From Elusimicrobiota bacterium (GTDB lineage: Bacteria; Elusimicrobiota; Elusimicrobia; UBA1565; UBA9628), in NCBI GenBank assembly GCA_043745445.1, contig JAYTSX010000238.1, positions 1 through 56,241 on the forward strand: a stretch of DNA of 56,241 bases, given 5' to 3'. Within the stretch, counting starts at the first letter, position 1, and every line of letters begins with the position of its first letter. A program made the translations under genes and the position numbers. The notes beneath the pieces were generated by a model. The model saw only the letters and a list, made by a program, of their open reading frames with translations. It had not been told where the DNA came from and did no database searches. This document shows positions 36,350 to 43,362 of the stretch, piece by piece.

Positions 36350-37377
36350 GCCCCGGAGAACTCGCGGCCGAGCTTAAGCGACGCGCCCGGGAGCTAGGCG
36401 CGGACCTAGCCGGGATCGCCGCCGCGGCCCCCGCCTCCGGCGGCCCCGCGTACGACGCCTGGCTCGCGGCGGGCATGAACGGCGAGATGGCCTACATGGC
36501 GCGCAACACGGAGCCGCGCCGCGACATCCGCGCGTGGATGAAAGACGCGAAATCCATTCTCATGTGCGGTTTTTCATACGGCGATCCCGGCGCCCGCCCT
36601 TCGTCCAAAACAGGACATGGCCGCGTCGCGCGTTACGCCGCCCGCGAGGATTACCATGCAATCCTGCGCGGCCGCATGAACGAGGTCGGCTCCTGGCTGA
36701 CCTCCTCGGTGCCCGGCGCGAGCGCCGTGGCGTTCTGCGACATGAGCCCCATCCTCGAGCGCTCCTATGCCGCCGCAGCCGGCCTCGGCTGGCAGGGCAA
36801 GAACACGATGCTGCTTTCGGCCGACATCGGCTCCTATTTTCTGATCGCGGGCCTCGCGATAAACATCGACCTTCCCGTCGATTCGACCAGCCCCGATCAT
36901 TGCGGCTCCTGCACCAAATGCCTCGAAGCCTGCCCAACCGATGCCTTCCCACGAGAACGCGTCCTCGACGCCTCGAAGTGCATCTCCTACTTTACGATCG
37001 AATCCAAGGGAACGATCCCCGAGCCGTTTCGCGAGCGCATCGGGGACTGGGTCTTCGGCTGCGACATCTGCCAGGAGGTCTGTCCCTGGAACCGGTTTGA
37101 AAAGCCCGCGCGCGCCTTGCCTCCGCCGAAAATTGCCACCGAGCTGCCCCTCGAGGAGCTCGCCGGGCCCGCCTCCGAGGGCCTGCGGTCCCGCATGAAA
37201 GGTCTGCCCCTCGAACGCGCGGTTCGCAAGCGCCTGACCCGCAACGCCCTACTCGCGATGGGAAACTCCCGTCTCGAACGCTACCGCCCGACCCTCGAGG
37301 AATACGCCTCCGGGACCGACCCGATGCTGGCCGAGCAGGCACGCTGGAGCTTGGAGCGCTTGCTCGGCGCGGCGTAA
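36346..37377 (+). CDS. queG: Epoxyqueuosine reductase QueG
   Basis: The ferredoxin motifs CGSCTKCLEACPTDAF and CDICQEVCPWN are present. The conserved N-terminal region (ELKRRARELGADLAGIAAA...WLAAGMNGEMAYM) lies upstream of the first ATG (36475) and has no in-frame ATG/GTG/TTG. I therefore propose a CTG start at 36346 that overlaps the greA TGA. Confidence 0.75.
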   Translation: MSPGELAAELKRRARELGADLAGIAAAAPASGGPAYDAWLAAGMNGEMAYMARNTEPRRDIRAWMKDAKSILMCGFSYGDPGARPSSKTGHGRVARYAAREDYHAILRGRMNEVGSWLTSSVPGASAVAFCDMSPILERSYAAAAGLGWQGKNTMLLSADIGSYFLIAGLAINIDLPVDSTSPDHCGSCTKCLEACPTDAFPRERVLDASKCISYFTIESKGTIPEPFRERIGDWVFGCDICQEVCPWNRFEKPARALPPPKIATELPLEELAGPASEGLRSRMKGLPLERAVRKRLTRNALLAMGNSRLERYRPTLEEYASGTDPMLAEQARWSLERLLGAA

Positions 37378-37381
37378 ATGA

Positions 37382-37387
37382 TAAAAT
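37382..37387 (+). promoter_or_regulatory. -10 box TAAAAT, 7 nt upstream of ATG 37395
   Basis: The plus strand reads TAAAATCCGCGCGATG. Confidence 0.45.
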
Positions 37388-37394
37388 CCGCGCG

Positions 37395-38726
37395 ATGATT
37401 TCTAGGAAGGCGGGCTTATCGCTCCTACTGGTCTGCGCCGCGGTCAGCGCGGGCGCAGCCGACACGCTCAAGCCCAAGACAAACGAGGCCACACAATCCG
37501 ACGAGGTCGTCCCCAGCCGGAACTTTCCAAAAGCCGTCCAGCAGGCACCCGCGAAGGATGAGACCCCCCGCGCCATTCGTTGGATGATCAAGCCCCTGCA
37601 GCGCGGCATGTTCATCCGCCTGCCCATCATCGACACGGATCCCAACCGCGGCGTCACCATCGGCGTCATGCCGATCTGGGTTATACAAGGCAAGACCGAC
37701 GATCGCATCCAACAGATCCACGCCCCCTCCCTCACCTACAACCACAACTTCAAGATTATTCCCACCTACCGCTACTACTTCTATCCGCAGGAGGATGCGA
37801 CATTTATCGGCCGCGCGTCCTATTCGAAGTACGAGCGCGAGGCGCTGGGCGAATACGAAGACGGCAGCGTCCACGGCACAGACCTCGACATCTTTGTCCG
37901 CTTGCAGTACAACGTGGACGCGGGCCAACGCTTCTATGGCTTCGGCCCCGATTCGTCCAAAACGGGCGAGGCGAACTACCGAGAGGAGTTCACGCAGTAT
38001 AAACTCGGCATCGGGGCCCCGTTCGCGCATGGCTCACCGTGGCGCGCCCACTTGTCCAAACACTACCAGGCCGGGCGCATCACCGCAGGGGCTCTCCCCA
38101 ACCTCCCCAATTTTACGGCCACCTACCCCGGCCAGATCTCACAGCGCTATCAGCAAACAAATGAAAACCGCATATCTCTCGATTACGATACTCGCGACCA
38201 CAGCGTCACCACCGGGCGCGGCGTCTACATCAATTCCTTCGCCGAGTACGCGCTCCGGGGCTACGAAAGCCAATACGACTACAGCCGTTACGGGCTCGAC
38301 GCGCGTTGGTTCCGTCCTTGGACATCCGATAAGAACAAGGTCCTCGCGATCCAGGCCAAATACGAGCAGGTTCTGGGGGCGACGCCCCCGTTCTGGCTGC
38401 TGCCCCGCCTCGGCGGCAAGTACAGCCTGCGCTCCTACGGCGACGGGCGCTATGTCGATCGCGGCATGGCCACGATCAATATCGAACAGCGCATCAAGCT
38501 GATGGAGCAGAAGACCGCGGGCGTGACCACCGAGATTCAGCTCGCGCCCTTTGTCGGCCTAGGCGAGGTCTTCGACAACCCCAACCGCGCCGCCGCCCGC
38601 TACGCGCGACCAGTCGTCGGCACCGCGATCCGCGCTGTCGCCAAGCCCCAGGTCGTCGGCTCCATCGACTTCGGCGTGGGCCGGGAAGGCCTGGCGGTTT
38701 TCATGGACATCAACTACTCCTTCTAG
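37395..38726 (+). CDS. Omp85/BamA-family outer-membrane beta-barrel protein (no POTRA region evident)
   Basis: It has a signal peptide (LLLVCAAVSAGAA). The barrel-like alternating pattern ends in the aromatic FMDINYSF. It contains RGY and YGDGRYVD-type motifs. The call is by architecture rather than a firm motif. Confidence 0.55.
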   Translation: MISRKAGLSLLLVCAAVSAGAADTLKPKTNEATQSDEVVPSRNFPKAVQQAPAKDETPRAIRWMIKPLQRGMFIRLPIIDTDPNRGVTIGVMPIWVIQGKTDDRIQQIHAPSLTYNHNFKIIPTYRYYFYPQEDATFIGRASYSKYEREALGEYEDGSVHGTDLDIFVRLQYNVDAGQRFYGFGPDSSKTGEANYREEFTQYKLGIGAPFAHGSPWRAHLSKHYQAGRITAGALPNLPNFTATYPGQISQRYQQTNENRISLDYDTRDHSVTTGRGVYINSFAEYALRGYESQYDYSRYGLDARWFRPWTSDKNKVLAIQAKYEQVLGATPPFWLLPRLGGKYSLRSYGDGRYVDRGMATINIEQRIKLMEQKTAGVTTEIQLAPFVGLGEVFDNPNRAAARYARPVVGTAIRAVAKPQVVGSIDFGVGREGLAVFMDINYSF

Positions 38727-38728
38727 CC

Positions 38729-38914
38729 ATGTACACAATGAGCATTCCGTTCATCGTTAAGAGCTCAAATACGATCTTGACCTACGGCCTGCTCGCGGTC
38801 GTTCTAGGGGCGATCGTCTATGTGAGCTACAAGCTGTTCCGGCATCAGCACCGCACGCGAAAGTCCCGCAAGCACGGCCACAGCCCGCACACCGGCCACC
38901 ACGGCAACCACTAG
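38729..38914 (+). CDS. Small single-TM protein with a His/Arg/Lys-rich tail
   Basis: The 61-aa ORF starts 2 nt after the Omp85-like stop. It has a TM segment (LTYGLLAVVLGAIVYVSY) and the tail RHQHRTRKSRKHGHSPHTGHHGNH. Confidence 0.4.
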   Translation: MYTMSIPFIVKSSNTILTYGLLAVVLGAIVYVSYKLFRHQHRTRKSRKHGHSPHTGHHGNH

Positions 38915-38916
38915 GC

Positions 38917-39471
38917 CTAGCGCGGCTTCACGGTCTTGAGAAAAGCCTGCCAGGCGCGCTCCCCTTTCCGGTTCATGTCCGGGGCCGGGGTTTCACGCCG
39001 GTAGGCGAGCATCGCGAAGCGCCCGTCTTTCAACGGCAAGACGCAGAAGATCTCCGTACCCAGAGGCGACTTGACCGGCGAAGGGTGATGGGGATCAGAG
39101 ATCGCGATCGGAAAGCGCAGCCGGTATAGCTCGAGCTTCTTGCCCGCGACGATGACCGTCCCAGCCGCGGAAGGCGCCGCGCCCTGCTCGGTCGCCGCCG
39201 GGCCGGTCATGAACTCCTGTGGCGTCGCGTAGTCCGACCCGGGCGCGCCGAACACCCGTATCTGCACGACGTCGGAAAGATCCTCGAAGCGCAAGACCGG
39301 ATCGACGCCTTCGGCGTTGGCGTATTCGACCAGGTTCCAGCCTTTCGGCGGCGTGAAGCGCACCAGGGCGGCGACCGCTTGGGCGGGCGTCTTCGTCTTC
39401 ACTTTTCCCTCCGCGGCCGCACCGCCGGCCGTGCTCACAATCAACGCTGCCGTCAGAAAAAGTCGATTCAT
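38917..39471 (-). CDS. Secreted protein, function unknown
   Basis: It starts at ATG 39471 (MNRLFLTAALIVSTAGGAAAEG, a signal peptide). No motif was recognised. Confidence 0.45.
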   Translation of the reverse strand: MNRLFLTAALIVSTAGGAAAEGKVKTKTPAQAVAALVRFTPPKGWNLVEYANAEGVDPVLRFEDLSDVVQIRVFGAPGSDYATPQEFMTGPAATEQGAAPSAAGTVIVAGKKLELYRLRFPIAISDPHHPSPVKSPLGTEIFCVLPLKDGRFAMLAYRRETPAPDMNRKGERAWQAFLKTVKPR

Positions 39472-39543
39472 TTTCCAATGCTCTCGGCGGCCCGCTGAGT
39501 TATACACAAAATTCTACCGGTGGAAAAATGCGGACAAATCCGG

Positions 39544-39861
39544 TCAGCCGTACTTGTACTTCACGCCCTGGCCGCCGCCGGGCCACTCGCAGACGATGTT
39601 GTCCCAGGGGCAGAGCATGCGGCAGGCGCCGCACTCGATGCAGTTCTCGTAATTGACGATGATTTTGTTGTGGGACGCTTCCCACTCGTACACCTTGGCC
39701 GGACACACCGTGGTGCACGGCTTATCCTTGCAGGTGGTCGCGCACGGCGAGTCCGCGCCGGAGTTCTTCAGCGAGATGTGGGTCTCGGGCGACTTCTTCC
39801 AGTCGAGTGTGCCGAGCTTGCTCTCGACGGTCGTCTCGATCTTGATGTCCTTGATGTCCAT
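39544..39861 (-). CDS. fixX: Ferredoxin-like protein FixX
   Basis: The 105-aa protein has C..C..C...CP-like spacing (CKDKPCTTVCP, CIECGACRMLCP) and lies immediately downstream of fixC. Confidence 0.8.
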   Translation of the reverse strand: MDIKDIKIETTVESKLGTLDWKKSPETHISLKNSGADSPCATTCKDKPCTTVCPAKVYEWEASHNKIIVNYENCIECGACRMLCPWDNIVCEWPGGGQGVKYKYG

Positions 39862-39862
39862 G

Positions 39863-41167
39863 TTAGATCGCTACCTTTCTAAGAGGGAACAGGTCGCGGG
39901 CCACGCGCAGGAAGCCGCGCTTGGCGACCATACCGAGCGCCGTCTTGAGATGATGGCGCTTGGGCACGCCGTCGGCGGAAAAACGCAGCTGGGCCAGCTC
40001 ACAGGCGAGCTTGGGGTAGAACTCAAGGAAGCCCGGGGAGTTTTCGACATGATGCTCGAGGTCCTGGATGTCCTCCATGTCGGGCAAAACATAGGAGGCT
40101 TCGAGCTTCTTCTTATAAAGGGACAGCGAGGCCTCGCTGTAATCGTTCTTCTTCTTGGCCTCGATGACGGTCTCGCCGGCAAGTTTGCCCGCGGTCATCG
40201 CGAGGTTGGAGCCCTCGCGGTAGGCGGGATTCGTCATCTGGGCGGCGTCACCCGCGACGAGGAAGCCGGCCTTGGCGAGCGGCGGCATGGACTTATAGCC
40301 GCCCTCGGGGATCAGGTGCGAGGAGTACTCAAGCGTCTTGCCGCCGGAGATCAACTTCTTAACGAGCGGGTGCTGCTTCACATACTCGAGATGGTCGGAA
40401 GGGCGTAGGCCCTTCTTCTGGTAGTCGGTGAGCTTGCAGCCGACGCCGAGCGCGAGCGATTCCTTGTTGGTGTAGAGAAACGCGTAACCGAGCATGCCGA
40501 GGGAAACCGAGCCGAACATCTCCATCGTCGCACCCTCGCCGGGGTTGAGCTGAAAGCGGTCCTCGATGACGGAGGATGGGAGCGCGATGACCTCTTTAGA
40601 GCCCAGCGCGACTTCGCTCGGCTTCAGCTCGTCGATGAAGCCCGCTTTCTGCGCAATGATCGAGTTGACGCCGTCGCAGGCGATGACGACATTGGCAGTG
40701 AGCTCGTCGCCTTCGGCGGTCTTGATACCGATGACCTTGCCGGTCGAGTCCTTCAAGACATCGCGGACCATCATGCCGCAATACACCTCGGCGCCGGCGG
40801 CCTCGGCCTGCTTGGCGAACCACTGGTCGAAGTGGACGCGGATGATCGAGTAGCAGTTCGGCACGCCCTCGAGGAACTTCAGCGATTTGTAGCCGACCGT
40901 CACATACGAATCTTCGGTCGTGATGCAGGTCTTCTGCTCGACGATCGGGCGTTCGACGGGGGCGTCGGGCAGCTTCCAGAAATCGGGAACGATCTCGTGG
41001 AGCATCTTTGAATACAGGACCGCGCCCTGAACGTTCTTGGCGCCGGGATACTCGCCGCGCTCGAGAACCACGACCTTGAGGCCCGCGCGGGCCATGACGA
41101 TGGCGGCGGAGAGACCGGCGGGGCCGGCTCCTACGACGATCGCGTCATAGGCGGCTTCTTCGGCCAT
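39863..41167 (-). CDS. fixC: Electron-transfer-flavoprotein:quinone oxidoreductase FixC
   Basis: YDAIVVGAGPAGLSAA (FAD dinucleotide fold), VIACDGVNS and VAGDAA are present. Its ~430 aa length and pairing with fixX support the call. Confidence 0.85.
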   Translation of the reverse strand: MAEEAAYDAIVVGAGPAGLSAAIVMARAGLKVVVLERGEYPGAKNVQGAVLYSKMLHEIVPDFWKLPDAPVERPIVEQKTCITTEDSYVTVGYKSLKFLEGVPNCYSIIRVHFDQWFAKQAEAAGAEVYCGMMVRDVLKDSTGKVIGIKTAEGDELTANVVIACDGVNSIIAQKAGFIDELKPSEVALGSKEVIALPSSVIEDRFQLNPGEGATMEMFGSVSLGMLGYAFLYTNKESLALGVGCKLTDYQKKGLRPSDHLEYVKQHPLVKKLISGGKTLEYSSHLIPEGGYKSMPPLAKAGFLVAGDAAQMTNPAYREGSNLAMTAGKLAGETVIEAKKKNDYSEASLSLYKKKLEASYVLPDMEDIQDLEHHVENSPGFLEFYPKLACELAQLRFSADGVPKRHHLKTALGMVAKRGFLRVARDLFPLRKVAI

Positions 41168-41174
41168 GACAGCC

Positions 41175-41549
41175 TTAGCCTGCGACCTTTTCGGACGCGT
41201 CCTGAACCGTCTTCAGAAGCTCCTCGGTCTTGAACGGTTTGGTCATGAAACCGACGACCTGGGGAAACTTCTGGAAAAGGGTTTTCGAGGGCTCGAGCGC
41301 CGTCAGCACGACGATCGGGAGATCCTTCGTGGTGGGTTCGGCCGCGATCTTGAGCTGGAGCGAGTAGCCGTCGATGCCGGGAAGCATGACATCAAGGACA
41401 AGCACGTCGGGCTTGACCTTAGCGATCGCGTCCCAGGCGTGGCGCCCGTTGTCGCAGGTATGCACCTCAAAGCCGCCGTGCTCGAGCGTGTACTTCACCA
41501 AGCTGAGCATCTCGGGTTCGTCGTCGATGACAAGGACTTTTTTAGCCAT
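41175..41549 (-). CDS. Stand-alone response-regulator receiver domain (CheY-like)
   Basis: MAKKVLVIDDEPEM, DVLVLDVMLPGIDG and FMTKPF are present. I chose start ATG 41549; the ORF-track start at 41966 is antisense to the next gene. Confidence 0.85.
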   Translation of the reverse strand: MAKKVLVIDDEPEMLSLVKYTLEHGGFEVHTCDNGRHAWDAIAKVKPDVLVLDVMLPGIDGYSLQLKIAAEPTTKDLPIVVLTALEPSKTLFQKFPQVVGFMTKPFKTEELLKTVQDASEKVAG

Positions 41550-41635
41550 GGCGGAATTTATCAATTCGGGGGAAGGATGTCCATGGGTGGTCGACGCCCA
41601 TAGGTCGCGGCCTGGCATTATCAATGTTACAGGGA

Positions 41636-41641
41636 TATACT
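41636..41641 (+). promoter_or_regulatory. -10 box TATACT, 7 nt upstream of ATG 41649
   Basis: The plus strand reads TATACTCTCGAACATG. Confidence 0.45.
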
Positions 41642-41648
41642 CTCGAAC

Positions 41649-43256
41649 ATGAGAATCCCTTCCCTTGTCGCCTGGCTTGTGATAGAAATTTCCAGCTTTA
41701 TGCTTCTGTCCGGCTGCGCGGTGCAACAGTATGCCGTGGCTAAAGAAAGGAGCCGTAAAGCGACGGCGGTCATCAACACGCCTCTCTTCAAGGCCCTCGA
41801 CCGGTGGGACGCACGCGAAATCCTGCCTCTGGTGGCCAAAAACGTCGAAGTTCGCTCGTCTAACGCGCATGGCCGGGATCTCATGCTCGCCATTCTCGAG
41901 GGCCGGAGGGCCGAGGCCCTGAAGCTCGTCGAAGGCGGCGCGGATGTCAACGCGGCGGTCGCGCAATCGGAGAGCAAACTCTTCAACAGTTACAACGCCT
42001 TCATGTTCGCGGTATGGTCGGACGACAAGGACCTCGTAAAGGCCATGGCCGCAAAAGGCGCCGATGTGAAAGACGGGCTGGGCGCCGCGGTGACCCCCGG
42101 AATGCTGAAGCTCCTCGTAGAGCTCGGCGCCGCGTTAGATGTCAGTACGACAACGGGCTTGCTGGCCAACGCGCTACTTCATGAAAACGCAGAGATGGTC
42201 CGCGACTTGATCTCGCGCGGCGCCGATGTCGAGACCCCCCGCGCGGCCTACGAGAAGAGCCTCCGAAGTCTCGAGTCCAACGACGCGGAAATGGTCGCGC
42301 AACCCGTGATGCAAACCGCGATTCGGGGTTTCCAGCGAAAAATTCAGCTTTTAGATCGCATGAGCCGACCGCAGGCGGCTCCCGCCGCTCCGCAAACGGC
42401 GGCTGCGGGCGTCACCAAGGCGGAGCTCGAGCAAATGCTCAAGGCCGCCGTCGTCGCGGGCTCCACGCCTGCCCCGTCCGCCGCCGCGGCGGCTACCTAC
42501 AAGTCCGATGTGGACGCGCCCTCCTACAAGGTCGCCGAAAATCCCGACGCCTACGCCCTCGTCATCGGCGTCGAGAAGTACAACACCTTGCCCGACGCCC
42601 GCTTCGCCGAGCGCGATGCAAAGGCGATGAACGCACATCTGCTCGCGATGGGCTACCCGCAGCGCAACATCGTGCTGCTGACCGGCTCGCAGGCGACGCG
42701 CACGGGCCTGGCGAAGAACCTAGAGGCCTGGCTACCCAACAATGTCACAGAGCGATCGACCGTCATGTTCTACTTCTCGGGCCACGGCGCGCCCGACGCA
42801 AAGACCTCCCAGGCCTACCTGGTCCCGATGGATGGCGACCCTCAGTATCTCGAGGAGACCGCCTACCCGATCAAGCGGCTCTACGCGAAGCTCGCCGCGT
42901 TAAAGGCCAAGCGCGTCGTCGTCGCGCTCGACTCCTGCTTCTCCGGCGCGGGCGGACGCTCGGTGCTGGCGCAAGGCACGCGGCCGCTCGTCGCCAAGCT
43001 CGAGCTCGGGCCCGTCCAGCAGAAGGTCGTGTCCCTGTCGGCCTCGTCCTCCGACGAGATCACGGGCGCGCTCGAGGACCAGGGCCATGGCCTGTTCACC
43101 TATCACCTGCTCAAGGCTCTGACCGAGACCGCGGGACGCGGCACGATCGGCGAGGTGTACGCCTCGCTCAAGCCCCGCGTACAGGACGAGGCGCGCCGCC
43201 AGAACCGCGCGCAGACCCCGCAGGCGTTCGGCTCGACGGAAGCCGGGCTCCGCTAG
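41649..43256 (+). CDS. Lipoprotein with N-terminal ankyrin-like repeats and a C-terminal caspase-family (C14) domain
   Basis: It has a lipobox (FMLLSGC). ANK-like units are present (GADVNAA..., GADVKDG..., GADVETP...). The caspase p20 signature is YALVIGVEKY...FYFSGHGAPD (His) and VVVALDSCFSGAG (Cys). Confidence 0.8.
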   Translation: MRIPSLVAWLVIEISSFMLLSGCAVQQYAVAKERSRKATAVINTPLFKALDRWDAREILPLVAKNVEVRSSNAHGRDLMLAILEGRRAEALKLVEGGADVNAAVAQSESKLFNSYNAFMFAVWSDDKDLVKAMAAKGADVKDGLGAAVTPGMLKLLVELGAALDVSTTTGLLANALLHENAEMVRDLISRGADVETPRAAYEKSLRSLESNDAEMVAQPVMQTAIRGFQRKIQLLDRMSRPQAAPAAPQTAAAGVTKAELEQMLKAAVVAGSTPAPSAAAAATYKSDVDAPSYKVAENPDAYALVIGVEKYNTLPDARFAERDAKAMNAHLLAMGYPQRNIVLLTGSQATRTGLAKNLEAWLPNNVTERSTVMFYFSGHGAPDAKTSQAYLVPMDGDPQYLEETAYPIKRLYAKLAALKAKRVVVALDSCFSGAGGRSVLAQGTRPLVAKLELGPVQQKVVSLSASSSDEITGALEDQGHGLFTYHLLKALTETAGRGTIGEVYASLKPRVQDEARRQNRAQTPQAFGSTEAGLR

Positions 43257-43350
43257 CGACTCCCCGAAAGGCCCGCCCATCTCGGATTCGATCCAGATGG
43301 ACCTACGATAACCGACGGAGAGGCCGCGTTCCATATCGGGCGGGTAAGGT

Positions 43351-43356
43351 TATAAT
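43351..43356 (+). promoter_or_regulatory. -10 box TATAAT, 6 nt upstream of ATG 43363
   Basis: The plus strand reads TATAATAGCCACATG. Confidence 0.5.
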
Positions 43357-43362
43357 AGCCAC

